This document shows positions 6,669-15,856 of a stretch of DNA of 30,764 nt, in pieces (position 1 is the stretch's first letter; every line of letters begins with the position of its first letter). The notes under the pieces were generated by a model. That model saw nothing but the letters and a program-made list of their open reading frames with translations. It was not told the origin of the DNA and did not search any database. Source of the DNA: a virus (lineage: Duplodnaviria; Caudoviricetes); IMG/VR virus record IMGVR_UViG_3300041402_000456, positions 1 through 30,764 of that record. The stretch is one strand, 5' to 3'. The translations under genes were made by a program, and so were the position numbers.

Positions 6669-6834
6669 GAAACCCAGTAATGGACACGAGCAAGATAGAG
6701 AGCCAACCGGAAACCCAGAGATATATGACTACGACCCAGACTACGTAGGACCAGAAAGTCGAAGGGGTGGGTCAAGAAAGACCCCCAAGCGTCCTTTTGG
6801 AAGTCGGCGAGGTGAGTATGATATGCACTTGTAA
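6658..6834 (+). CDS. hypothetical disordered protein
   Basis: ORF track 6544..6834; the ATG at 6658 follows GGAG. Confidence 0.5.
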   Translation: MEDKKPSNGHEQDREPTGNPEIYDYDPDYVGPESRRGGSRKTPKRPFGSRRGEYDMHL

Positions 6835-6873
6835 TCACAGGACGCATTTTGGATGTTAAGATAGGTAATTTAG

Positions 6874-7119
6874 ATGTTAGTATATTTAGGAATACACGCG
6901 ATAGAGGGTGGCGGTAAGGTTTATGTTTCAAAAGATTCTATAGATTCTATAGAGTCTATAGAGTCTATTTTTTGGATAACAGAGAATAACGGCAGTCCTA
7001 TTTCTACAGATTGCCTTTGTTCTTTAGTAAGATATGCCGGCACCAAGATAAATATTGTCGAGACTCCAGAGCAGATTATAGCAAATATCAAGAAAACTGT
7101 ATTTCAAAAAGTTAAGTGA
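6874..7119 (+). CDS. FlbD-like small protein
   Basis: VYV...I.SI...INIVETPEQII resembles the FlbD family; contains a 9-nt tandem repeat. Confidence 0.5.
   Translation: MLVYLGIHAIEGGGKVYVSKDSIDSIESIESIFWITENNGSPISTDCLCSLVRYAGTKINIVETPEQIIANIKKTVFQKVK
6934..6969 (+). repeat. four 9-nt tandem copies GA(T/G)TCTAT(A/T)
   Basis: GATTCTATA GATTCTATA GAGTCTATA GAGTCTATT, encoding DSIDSIESIESI. Confidence 0.85.
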
Positions 7120-7149
7120 ATACCTAACAAGGATTAATATAGGTAAGTA

Positions 7150-7323
7150 ATGCCAAGACAATTTAAGAAAAACTCTAATAAAAGGCGTGAAAGGACGGAG
7201 CAATTAGAGACTCTGTTAATACAGAGAGATATTAACGAATTAGCTGACAATACTATTGAGCAAAGTCGGTTTGATTGTCTTGTGCATCGGGGAATAATAG
7301 TTACTGAGCCGCAAGAGGCGTAA
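7150..7323 (+). CDS. hypothetical protein, 57 aa
   Basis: Translated by hand (MPRQFKKNSNKRRER...); SD AGGT. Confidence 0.55.
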   Translation: MPRQFKKNSNKRRERTEQLETLLIQRDINELADNTIEQSRFDCLVHRGIIVTEPQEA

Positions 7324-7326
7324 AGT

Positions 7327-7476
7327 ATGAGTGAAAAGGTAATAAAAGCCAGATTTGATATGTCGCTGTGGCAAAGAGTTAGAGCGGCTTGTAGTGTTTG
7401 GTGGGCTATTGTGGTAACTAAGGAGGTTGAATGTATTGACGATGAAGCTAATTCAGCCCATAAGGACGAAGTATGA
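7327..7476 (+). CDS. hypothetical protein, 49 aa
   Basis: Translated by hand (MSEKVIKARFDMSLWQRV...); ATGA overlap downstream. Confidence 0.55.
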   Translation: MSEKVIKARFDMSLWQRVRAACSVWWAIVVTKEVECIDDEANSAHKDEV

Positions 7477-7595
7477 GCAAAGAAGAAGAAATTGAAGATT
7501 TAGTTGAAAAAGCCACTCAGCATCTTTTACGCGGAGAGCTATGGGATGTTTATATAATTATTTACAAACTAAAGAGGATAGCCACAAGAGAATAA
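7473..7595 (+). CDS. hypothetical protein, 40 aa
   Basis: Translated by hand (MSKEEEIEDLVEKA...); its stop abuts the terL start. Confidence 0.5.
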   Translation: MSKEEEIEDLVEKATQHLLRGELWDVYIIIYKLKRIATRE

Positions 7596-8987
7596 ATGCC
7601 GACTAAGACTATAAATATCGAGCTTGACCCTTATCAATGGGATTTTTTATCGGCTATGAATCGTTTTCCGTCTATGATAGCGGGTGTAGGCACGGGTAAA
7701 ACGATGCTGGCTTTGCAAAAAGGGGATTTATTAAGCCGGTTTTATAAGAATAATCTCGGCCTGATTGTCAGGAACAAATTTACCGACCTTCGGGACTCTA
7801 CGATGAAGGATTTTACTTCGTGGACTGGAAAAAGTGTCCCGCAAGGCACTAAGGAAGCCCATTATTCTAATGGCAGCGTAACCTTATTCCGACACGCCAA
7901 GGAATTGAGCGGTCTTAAAAACGTCAATTTAGGTTGGGGATACATTGAACAGGGAGAAGAATTCCCTACCGATACCCAGTTTCAGCTTTTGCGGTTTCGT
8001 TTGCGCCGCGATTTGGAGGTGGATGAGGATTTTTGGGCACTTTTAGTAGAAGCATTTAAAAAGGCTGGAGTTCCGATGTATCCGTTTTACCAGAAGATGC
8101 ACGACGAGCCATTGAATCAGCTTATGACAATAGCCAACGCAAATGGTCATTGGTGGGGATGGAAAATGTTTATAAAATCTCCTGCTGAGGAATTTTCTTG
8201 TGTCCAAGCCAGTTCTTTTGAAAATACGTGGTTAGTCGAGCATAAACCAGAGACGATAGCCGACTGGCGAAGAATGGAGATAGACAGCCCCGCCAAATTC
8301 AGTCAATACGTAATGAACTGCCACGATGAGGTAGATTTGGACGCCTGTTACTATGCTTCAAGACTTTCGGAAATCCGCAAAGATAGACATATGGGCGTTA
8401 TTCCACATAATCCGGAAGTAAGGGTTCATCTTGCTGCTGACATAGGGTTGGATTGCACGGCGATATGGTTTTTCCAGTTGGTCGGGCAGAAAAAACTTTT
8501 CATAGATTACTACGAGAACACGGGTAAGTTCGCCGACCATTATGCACGAATACTGGATGAAAAAAAGAAGGACTTTGGATATAATTACGGCAAGTTCGTT
8601 CAGCCGCACGACTCCAATAAGAGAGAGATGGTTTCCGGTACGACTTTTAGTAAAATGTTCAAGGGCTTGGGTTATGATGTAAAGTCGTTGAAAAGGGAAC
8701 AAAATGTTGACTTTGGCATAAACAACGTTAATAATATGCTAAAATCTTGTTGGTTTGACGAAAAGAAATGCGAATTGGGATTGGAAGCTCTGCAACATTA
8801 CCGCAGGGAATATGATGAGGAATCCAAGACTTACAATCCAATTCCCCTCCACGATTGGGCTTCCCATCCTGCCGACTCAATGAGATATGCTTGCCGAGCT
8901 ATCACTATGGGTCTTTGTGGAACTACTAAGTCCGTAACAGACGAGGACATAGCCAAATGGTCAAGTAAGTACAGGAGAACAGGATGA
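7596..8987 (+). CDS. terL: terminase large subunit
   Basis: Walker A AGVGTGKT, Walker B region WGYIEQGEE, nuclease motifs HLAADIG, QPHD and HDWASHPADSMRY. Confidence 0.95.
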   Translation: MPTKTINIELDPYQWDFLSAMNRFPSMIAGVGTGKTMLALQKGDLLSRFYKNNLGLIVRNKFTDLRDSTMKDFTSWTGKSVPQGTKEAHYSNGSVTLFRHAKELSGLKNVNLGWGYIEQGEEFPTDTQFQLLRFRLRRDLEVDEDFWALLVEAFKKAGVPMYPFYQKMHDEPLNQLMTIANANGHWWGWKMFIKSPAEEFSCVQASSFENTWLVEHKPETIADWRRMEIDSPAKFSQYVMNCHDEVDLDACYYASRLSEIRKDRHMGVIPHNPEVRVHLAADIGLDCTAIWFFQLVGQKKLFIDYYENTGKFADHYARILDEKKKDFGYNYGKFVQPHDSNKREMVSGTTFSKMFKGLGYDVKSLKREQNVDFGINNVNNMLKSCWFDEKKCELGLEALQHYRREYDEESKTYNPIPLHDWASHPADSMRYACRAITMGLCGTTKSVTDEDIAKWSSKYRRTG

Positions 8988-9175
8988 AATTAGCTAAACT
9001 AAAACCTGGCGATTTAGAATATTGTAATTCAGACGGAAATTGCAGGATAAATTTAGGTTTTATGCCTGATAGAATGTTCATAGACGCAGATGGAAATTAT
9101 GTTGCCGAAGATAATAAAGGCAATAGACACAAAGGGATAGTTCCTTATGGCAAACACCCAAGAACTAAAATCTGA
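8984..9175 (+). CDS. hypothetical protein, 63 aa
   Basis: ORF track; ATGA overlap with terL. Confidence 0.55.
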   Translation: MKLAKLKPGDLEYCNSDGNCRINLGFMPDRMFIDADGNYVAEDNKGNRHKGIVPYGKHPRTKI

Positions 9176-11126
9176 TTACGACGAAGCGTTTGAGATAAAA
9201 CGCACTGGCTGGGAAAGACAACTCAAGCAGGGTATGTTAGACCTTGACTTCTATTTCAGGGCGCAGCATACCCACGAAGAGGCAAGGCAAGCCGAGTTGC
9301 AAAATAGAACATTATATACTTTAGACAAAATAGGCCGCCAAGTTGACCTTCTACACGGTTACGAAATAAAGAACCGCCACATCTTAAGGATAGGCCCTCA
9401 GGGTAAGCCTTCGGTGGAAGATAAGGCTTGCTCCCAGCATACGAACGTCTTGATGAATCTAATGGTAATGGCCAATGGCTATAACGTCTTGAGCGAAGCC
9501 TTCAAGTGGGGGCCTTTGGTTCAGGGTTCTAATCTAATAGAGATATGGCGCGACAGGAACGGCGATTTGAGATTTTCACGTTTGGGTTGGAATCAGTTTT
9601 TATTGAATCCGGGTTTGACCGAAACCGACTTGTCGGATTGTCAGGACATTGCGATAGGCCGGTGGATTGACGAAAAAAGGATTAAATTCCTATTACCTGC
9701 CAATTCCGATGATTTGGACGAAATTACGCCTTTGACTAATGTGAGTCGTTGGGACTTTCTACAAGACCCCGTTCTTCAAAATCGTGCCAAGAGAATGTTA
9801 ATGGAGGAATGGTGGCAGAGGGAGACCGAATTCGAGGAGACGGTGATTTCGAGGGTGAGCGGCCAAGAAATACCCTTAAAAGACTTCGCTACAAGATTCG
9901 CTAATGGTGATATACGTCTTGCTAAAAGAATGGTTAAAGAAGAAAGACAACCTAACGGTGCGCCTGCATTATCGAGATTTAGTAAACCTAATGACCGGAT
10001 TAGACTGACAATATTCGTGAACAATAAAATGGTATTTGACGGCGATAATCCTTTAGGAATGAGGGATTACAATTTTGTCTGGGTGCACGGCGATTGGTGT
10101 GCCGAATGTCCGAGGGATGATATTAAACTGCAAAGTCATACACGTAGGCTAAGAGACCCACAAAGCGCCTTGAACCGAAGAACCAACCAGATATATGATA
10201 TTATCGAGAGCCAAGCGCACGCAGTAAGATTAACCAGGTCAAGCAAATTAAGAAATCCAGAAGATGCTTACAAAACGGGACAGGGCGTGGTATTGCACGC
10301 GAACGAAGAATGGCCTGATGAATTGCCTTTGGAGCAGTTATTCAAACAGATGCCGGCTTCCGATGTTCCCGCTGGTCTTTTCGCTGCCTTAGAGATGACC
10401 GACAAGGCCGAGACTGAGGTCGGCGGATTGAATCAGGAAATATTCGGTACGGACGATAAGGACATTCCTGCTATTTTAGCCAAACACCGAACCGGTCAGG
10501 CACTTACCGGTCAGGGCGGGATGTTTCAGGGATTCAGAATGGCCAAGCGGGAATTAGGCAGGAAAGTCGTAAGATTAGTGCAGATAAACTATCCGCCTCA
10601 GAAAGTCGCTCAAATCATAAACGAGCAACCTGTACCAGGATTTTACGAAAAGAACTTGACGAGATTTGATTGTGCTCCGGTCGAAGGATTGCTGACCGAC
10701 AGCCAGCAGGAACTATTCTTTATGCTGCTCTTGCAAATAAGGCAGGCATTCCCCAAAGAAGCCCATAAGATACCTCTGTCTGAGGTTGCAAAATATTCCT
10801 CGATAATGAAAGAGGAATTGATGGGAATAATCCAGAGAGCCGAGCAGAAAGAGGCTCAAATGATGCAACAGGCACAGAAAACCCAACAGATTCAGGAAGC
10901 ATTGAATATTGAGCTTACCAAAGGTAATGTTTTAGCTAATCGTGGCATTGCGGAGGAACGCAGAAGTCAGGCTGTCGAAAATCAGACGGACGCCGCTTTG
11001 AACAGGGTTAAGGTGGTTGCAGAGATAAACGATATGACTATAGGTAGATTCCTTGAACTCGTAAATTCAGCTATAAGTCTTGAATCTATCGGTCAGCAGA
11101 ATATCAAGGCGGAGATGAAATCGTGA
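9147..11126 (+). CDS. portal protein (P22-like)
   Basis: 659 aa, directly after terL. DLDFYFRAQ, RRLRDPQSALNRR and a Gln-rich C-terminal coiled coil resemble P22-type portals. Confidence 0.88.
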   Translation: MANTQELKSDYDEAFEIKRTGWERQLKQGMLDLDFYFRAQHTHEEARQAELQNRTLYTLDKIGRQVDLLHGYEIKNRHILRIGPQGKPSVEDKACSQHTNVLMNLMVMANGYNVLSEAFKWGPLVQGSNLIEIWRDRNGDLRFSRLGWNQFLLNPGLTETDLSDCQDIAIGRWIDEKRIKFLLPANSDDLDEITPLTNVSRWDFLQDPVLQNRAKRMLMEEWWQRETEFEETVISRVSGQEIPLKDFATRFANGDIRLAKRMVKEERQPNGAPALSRFSKPNDRIRLTIFVNNKMVFDGDNPLGMRDYNFVWVHGDWCAECPRDDIKLQSHTRRLRDPQSALNRRTNQIYDIIESQAHAVRLTRSSKLRNPEDAYKTGQGVVLHANEEWPDELPLEQLFKQMPASDVPAGLFAALEMTDKAETEVGGLNQEIFGTDDKDIPAILAKHRTGQALTGQGGMFQGFRMAKRELGRKVVRLVQINYPPQKVAQIINEQPVPGFYEKNLTRFDCAPVEGLLTDSQQELFFMLLLQIRQAFPKEAHKIPLSEVAKYSSIMKEELMGIIQRAEQKEAQMMQQAQKTQQIQEALNIELTKGNVLANRGIAEERRSQAVENQTDAALNRVKVVAEINDMTIGRFLELVNSAISLESIGQQNIKAEMKS

Positions 11127-11264
11127 TAAAATTGATACCGATATTTATTTTGATTATATTAGCTGAGCATCAGTATAAATTGTATAAACAAGACAAAATA
11201 TCATTCGACAAACCTTGTTGGGCTGTTAAAGAATTATGCCAACGAAAATGGTGGAGTTGAAATC

Positions 11265-11522
11265 GTGATTAAAATGACAGTAGCAGAGGCATTGCAAATA
11301 GCAATTCCACAAGATATAGAATTGACCGATTTAAAAGAGGCCGAACAGAAACTTGGCATAAACCGAATTCCGCGAACAGCCCAAGATAAAATGGATGAAA
11401 TCAACGCCATTTTGAGAATGACTGCCGAAAAAGAACATTGCAAGGTTTCTGATTTGCAGTGGAGAAAAGACCGATTTGGAGCGATTCACGTAAGAAAGAG
11501 GAAAGATGCCAATAAAAATTAG
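11265..11522 (+). CDS. hypothetical protein
   Basis: ORF track. Confidence 0.6.
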   Translation: MIKMTVAEALQIAIPQDIELTDLKEAEQKLGINRIPRTAQDKMDEINAILRMTAEKEHCKVSDLQWRKDRFGAIHVRKRKDANKN

Positions 11523-11700
11523 AAAACTTAAAAGTGGCAAAGTGCGTGTATCGACGCCTGGTGGAGTAAAAGCTAAATCGACTACGATGGCTAAAGCAAA
11601 ACGGCAGAAACGATTACTAAATGCAATTGAACACGGATTTAAGCCGACTGGAAAGAAGGCACGTGATTTAAGAAAAAAGAAACGAAAGAGGAAGAAATAA
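11506..11700 (+). CDS. small, highly basic phage protein
   Basis: K/R-rich, ends RKKKRKRKK; SD GAGG. Confidence 0.75.
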   Translation: MPIKIRKLKSGKVRVSTPGGVKAKSTTMAKAKRQKRLLNAIEHGFKPTGKKARDLRKKKRKRKK

Positions 11701-11975
11701 TGGATACTAAAATATTGGATTTAATTAAGACTATTTGGGAAGAATCTCCCGGCCAAACTTTATTAGAATTGATATGTAGTTGTTTTGAGTTTGGCGATAT
11801 TTCTCATATAAGCGACGAGGAATTAAAGAAAAACCTTGTAGTTTTGCTTGAATTAGACAGAGAGCGAAAAGAGAGAATAGCCGAACCAAAAAGAAAAAGG
11901 CTCGAATTAGTAACTCGTGTAATTGACGGAGATACGAAACATAAAAAATCTCAATCAGCAATAAGGATTAAATAA
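11700..11975 (+). CDS. hypothetical protein
   Basis: ORF track; TAATG overlaps at both ends. Confidence 0.65.
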   Translation: MDTKILDLIKTIWEESPGQTLLELICSCFEFGDISHISDEELKKNLVVLLELDRERKERIAEPKRKRLELVTRVIDGDTKHKKSQSAIRIK

Positions 11976-12214
11976 TGGCTGGATATTATATACAACGATG
12001 GGATGGTGAATGGGTAGATGTAACCGCTGAACGAAATTTGGCTTGTTGTGATTGCGGATTAGTTCATAGAGAAGAATATCGTATTATTGAATCTGAAAAT
12101 GGTACTGAACATATTTTAAGAAGAGTCATTAGGGATAGGCGAATGACTGCGAATCGACGTATGTCGCTAAAGGCAAGAAAAGAAGGTATCTTCGCAAAAG
12201 GCAAAAAGAAATGA
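11975..12214 (+). CDS. conserved small phage protein with CCDCGLVH motif
   Basis: ORF track; DGEWV...ACCDCGLVH. Confidence 0.7.
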   Translation: MAGYYIQRWDGEWVDVTAERNLACCDCGLVHREEYRIIESENGTEHILRRVIRDRRMTANRRMSLKARKEGIFAKGKKK

Positions 12215-12420
12215 CCAAAGAGCAAGAAATTATTTCCCGATATGTAAAAGAGCAGGATGAAAAACTTGCTTTAGTAGGCGAACAGATACAAAAATTATTT
12301 CCTGATATGTATGGCAAAGTATTTTTCAGATTCAACTTGATTCCTGGCAGGAAAGATTGTAATATGAATTACGGCGTGGAAATGTCGAAGATAATTCCTC
12401 GGCCTTATCCAATTGAATAA
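12211..12420 (+). CDS. hypothetical protein
   Basis: ORF track; ATGA overlap. Confidence 0.65.
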   Translation: MTKEQEIISRYVKEQDEKLALVGEQIQKLFPDMYGKVFFRFNLIPGRKDCNMNYGVEMSKIIPRPYPIE

Positions 12421-12449
12421 TAATTAAATAGAGCTACTCTGAAAAACAG

Positions 12450-12492
12450 ACGCTCGTAAAAGTGCTTAACTGCACTCTTGCGGGCGTTTTTT
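12450..12492 (+). terminator. hairpin plus T run upstream of the scaffold gene
   Basis: ACGCTCGTAAAAGTGC TTAACT GCACTCTTGCGGGCGT TTTTT. Confidence 0.65.
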
Positions 12493-12519
12493 ATTAACCT
12501 TAACAAAAGGATTGGAAAA

Positions 12520-13335
12520 ATGGCAGAAAAAGAAAAAGACCTAAACACAAGTCAGTCGGTCGCTGACGCAGACCTAAACAAGAGCCAGTCGGTCACTGGT
12601 GCAGACCTAACTGCCTCCGGTCAAGGCGAGCCAGGAAAACTGGCAGATGGTACGGATGAGAATAAAACTGTTCCTTATACCGAGTTGAAGAAGGCTATTG
12701 ATGCAAAAACAGTAGCCGAAGAACTATTGCAAAAACAAACACAAGACCATCAGGCTCAGATGGCAATTCTACAGGCCAATCAACAGCCTGCTCAGCAAGT
12801 TCAAACTCAATCCCTTTCGGATTACGACCAGGCAAAGGCTGATTTGGGACTGGCTGGCGAAGAGTATATGGATGAAAACCAACGGAGTAAGGTTTATTCT
12901 CGTATGACTGAGATAATGAATGCTCGTAGCCAACAGACTAATGCTGCCTTGTCGAACCAACAGTTTGAAAATTCTCATCCGGACTTTGGAAATGTAGTAG
13001 GTTTGCGTAACCCCTTGACGGGAACAATTCAACCTACTGCGGAAATACTGAAAATATTAACAGAAAAACCACATTTAACCCCCGCTGCTTACGCAAGTTC
13101 CCAGGGAGCTTATGAAATCGTTATGCAACAAAGAAGAATTGACGAATTACAACAGCAGAACACCGTGCAAGAAGAGCATTTGAAACAACAAGGAATTGAT
13201 ACCAAGTTAGCCCCTGTTTCTGGTGCCGCCGCCGCTGGCGGTGCTGTAAATGCCCAAGCAGGCAAGGTAACTGTAGAGCAACAACAAGAAATGGAAGAGC
13301 GTGTAGCAAGCGGTGAGTTTAATCAGAAAGGATAA
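12520..13335 (+). CDS. capsid scaffolding protein (putative)
   Basis: Directly before the capsid gene; acidic and Gln-rich coiled coil, TVPYTELKK motif. ATG at 12520 preferred. Confidence 0.75.
   Translation: MAEKEKDLNTSQSVADADLNKSQSVTGADLTASGQGEPGKLADGTDENKTVPYTELKKAIDAKTVAEELLQKQTQDHQAQMAILQANQQPAQQVQTQSLSDYDQAKADLGLAGEEYMDENQRSKVYSRMTEIMNARSQQTNAALSNQQFENSHPDFGNVVGLRNPLTGTIQPTAEILKILTEKPHLTPAAYASSQGAYEIVMQQRRIDELQQQNTVQEEHLKQQGIDTKLAPVSGAAAAGGAVNAQAGKVTVEQQQEMEERVASGEFNQKG
12538..12627 (+). repeat. three GACCTAA...hairpin (CGGTC loop) units at the scaffold 5' end
   Basis: 33-nt period, units starting at 12538, 12571 and 12604. Confidence 0.8.
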
Positions 13336-13340
13336 AGATT

Positions 13341-14270
13341 ATGCCAAGTCAAATCATAACAACTACACAGATAGACCATCCAGTGAACATTCACTATCAA
13401 AGGATGGTTCTTACTCGTGTATTACCAGCTTTTTTGTATCAGCAATTCGGCCTTGACGTGACGATGCCGCAACACGAGGGCGATACTTCCAAGTGGCGAA
13501 GATGGAGTAATCTGGCAGACCAGTTGACTCCGCTGACCGAAGGCGAAGACCCCACACCGCTGTTATTGTCAAAGACCGACATTACGGCAATACTTAAGGA
13601 ATTCGGGGCTTTGATTAAAACGGCTTCGTGGCGGGACTTCACAGGTCTCACAGACGACAATCAGCAAATGGCCAATGTTCTGCTGGATAATATGCGTTCG
13701 ACATTGGATTCATTGGCGAGAGACGTCCTCGATGGCGGGGCTTCGTCCACAACCTGTTCAAACGGTACGCCGACGGCCACATTTCTTAACAAAACGGACA
13801 TTGACATAGTAGTAACGAATCTCGAAGGTCAGAATTCTATGAAGTTCAAGCCTACGATTCCTGCTTCGACCTCAATAAGCACATCCCCAATTCGGGCCGC
13901 TTATGTTGGTATCGGTGACACTGACCAGAGGCCGAGATTGGAGGCCGTATCGGGCTTCAAGCACGTAAGTTCTTACTCGAATCAAGGCCCGATTATGGAA
14001 CATGAATTCGGCTCTACCGGCGACGTTCGCTGGCTATTGACTACCAAGGCTCCTGTTTCCAGTGGAAGTTACAGCAATATCATTATGGCCAAGGAGTTTT
14101 TCGGCAATGTCAAAATTAAGGGCAATACCGCCGATGGGCCTTTAGTATTTACTCCGGCGGATAGGACGGGGTCGGGTTTGCGAAGGTTCTCGCTTTTAGG
14201 TTGGATTCAGAACTATGCCGCACGAATCCTTAATGACAATTTCGGGCACAACCTCATAAGCACAGTTTAA
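13341..14270 (+). CDS. major capsid protein, N4-gp56 family
   Basis: YQQFG...MPQHEGDT.KWRRW, PLTEG.DP, L.EFG, GFKHVSSY...HEFGS.GDVRW and GW.....ARILND motifs; SD GAAAGGA. Confidence 0.9.
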   Translation: MPSQIITTTQIDHPVNIHYQRMVLTRVLPAFLYQQFGLDVTMPQHEGDTSKWRRWSNLADQLTPLTEGEDPTPLLLSKTDITAILKEFGALIKTASWRDFTGLTDDNQQMANVLLDNMRSTLDSLARDVLDGGASSTTCSNGTPTATFLNKTDIDIVVTNLEGQNSMKFKPTIPASTSISTSPIRAAYVGIGDTDQRPRLEAVSGFKHVSSYSNQGPIMEHEFGSTGDVRWLLTTKAPVSSGSYSNIIMAKEFFGNVKIKGNTADGPLVFTPADRTGSGLRRFSLLGWIQNYAARILNDNFGHNLISTV

Positions 14271-14302
14271 GACTTATGAAATTTTAAGAGAAAGGATAAA
14301 AA

Positions 14303-14971
14303 ATGAGTACAAAAGGATTAAGAATTGGCCATTTTGAAGCTGATGGCGCGATAATCCATCTTCCGATAGGCTTTATCCCTGATTACTTTGAAATGGATAA
14401 AGTAAGTGGCGGAGATGCCGCTCTTCACGCTGTTAAGTGGTATAGAGGTATGGAACAGGACGAAGCTTCCGGCTCGCGGGAAGGTTGGACAGATCAAGAA
14501 GGCACTACGGACATATTGGCCGACGATGCCGGTATTACCGCTTACGATACTGGTGCACAAGCACCAACTGTCGAGGAATGGACGCAAGCAAGAGGCAGTG
14601 CTGCTGTTGCACGTGGTGCCTCGGTTGGTTTGGCTGGTACCTTCATAAAAGGTACCGTGGGAGCATTGAATAACGTAGGCCAAGTTACTGACCGAGAGGC
14701 TATTTTTGAGTGCGTGGTTGACGGTACAAGTGCTGCTACAGAACCTTTGTGGCCGAGTGCTATTGGCGAGACCGTGGTGGATGGGACTACCGTCTGGGAA
14801 ATGGTAAACGAAGCCAAATTCCGCAAGGGCTATCAAGGAGTTACTATTGCTGCTGCGTTGATGAGCGATAGTGATGATTGGTATTACCGTGCCTTTCAAT
14901 CCGATAATGGCAACGAAAATCACGGCGATGTTGTTGGTTGGACGGACGGCATTGACCAAGATTGGTCTTAA
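14303..14971 (+). CDS. head-associated (decoration-like) protein with a carbohydrate-binding-like insert
   Basis: Follows the capsid gene; IGFIPDY motif and FECVVDGTSAATEPLWP...GETVVDGTTVWE segment. Confidence 0.6.
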   Translation: MSTKGLRIGHFEADGAIIHLPIGFIPDYFEMDKVSGGDAALHAVKWYRGMEQDEASGSREGWTDQEGTTDILADDAGITAYDTGAQAPTVEEWTQARGSAAVARGASVGLAGTFIKGTVGALNNVGQVTDREAIFECVVDGTSAATEPLWPSAIGETVVDGTTVWEMVNEAKFRKGYQGVTIAAALMSDSDDWYYRAFQSDNGNENHGDVVGWTDGIDQDWS

Positions 14972-14997
14972 AACCTAAACAAATTAAGGAGTTAAAA

Positions 14998-15690
14998 ATG
15001 GAACTACTTACAAAATCGAAAGAAGAATTATTGGAATTGGCCGGAAAGCTCAAACTTGAGTTTCCAAAGAACATTCCAGAAGACAAACTTCGCAATATGA
15101 TTGAGATGGAAGTAATCAGACAGTCTGTCGAACTGGAAGAAAAAGTGCGACTAAGATTGCAGGAGCAATCCAGGATGAAGCGCGATATCGCGGAAATTCA
15201 GGCCGAGGCGGCGATACGTGGTATCAAGATTGACATTCCGGCAGAACCGATGTTGGCTGATGTTATGAGATTAAAGAAGGAACTCAACTTGATGATAAAA
15301 GAACCCATACCATCACCTGAAACCGTTGCTATCGAAAAGAGCAAAAAGGTTTACGCTGTCTTTCATAACAGGGAACAGGAAGATATGGACATACCTGATT
15401 TTACCGTTGGCGGCAAATACTGGTTTCATCTATGGCCGGAAAAGGTTCACGTACTGCCGGAATGGCTCATCGGGCATTGGCGTAAAAAAGCTCGCTATCC
15501 TCTCTATGGCAAAACAACAGTTCCAAATCCCCAAGGCGTAAAGGTTGGGGAAACTATAGAGAAAGTTGGACGAATAGGCTGGAAGCAGCGGTTCCTTTTT
15601 GAGATTCTCGGCGACGCTCCCAATAATGCTTCCTTTGGCGTAGTTCTTGACGAAAAGATATTGTCTAAACTAATACCTCAGACAGTGTAA
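14998..15690 (+). CDS. hypothetical structural-region protein with an N-terminal Rho-N/HeH-like helical motif
   Basis: KSKEELLELAGKLKLEFPKNIPEDKLRNMI; the ATG at 14998 follows AAGGAG. Confidence 0.6.
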   Translation: MELLTKSKEELLELAGKLKLEFPKNIPEDKLRNMIEMEVIRQSVELEEKVRLRLQEQSRMKRDIAEIQAEAAIRGIKIDIPAEPMLADVMRLKKELNLMIKEPIPSPETVAIEKSKKVYAVFHNREQEDMDIPDFTVGGKYWFHLWPEKVHVLPEWLIGHWRKKARYPLYGKTTVPNPQGVKVGETIEKVGRIGWKQRFLFEILGDAPNNASFGVVLDEKILSKLIPQTV

Positions 15691-15700
15691 GGAGAATATT

Positions 15701-15856
15701 ATGTTGAAAAATGTAACAGGTCAAGAGACTGATACCTTTGATGAGGTCAATAAAGTTCTAAACTTGCTTATTGATAATGTCAACTTGATTGAAAGTAAGG
15801 TATTGGTTCTTGAATCAAAGAAAAAGAAATCAGAGAAAAAGAAGGGAGACAAATAA
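15701..15856 (+). CDS. small coiled-coil protein with a Lys-rich tail, 51 aa
   Basis: Translated by hand; SD AAGGAG; TAATG overlap. Confidence 0.65.
   Translation: MLKNVTGQETDTFDEVNKVLNLLIDNVNLIESKVLVLESKKKKSEKKKGDK

Noticed and set aside
11123-11260. 45-codon GTG-start ORF after the portal
   Set aside because: Plausible through a GTGA overlap, but it is short and has no motif support.
12538-12627. CRISPR mini-array
   Set aside because: The units are in frame within a CDS, only 33 nt in period and similar along their length; there are no unique spacers or cas genes.
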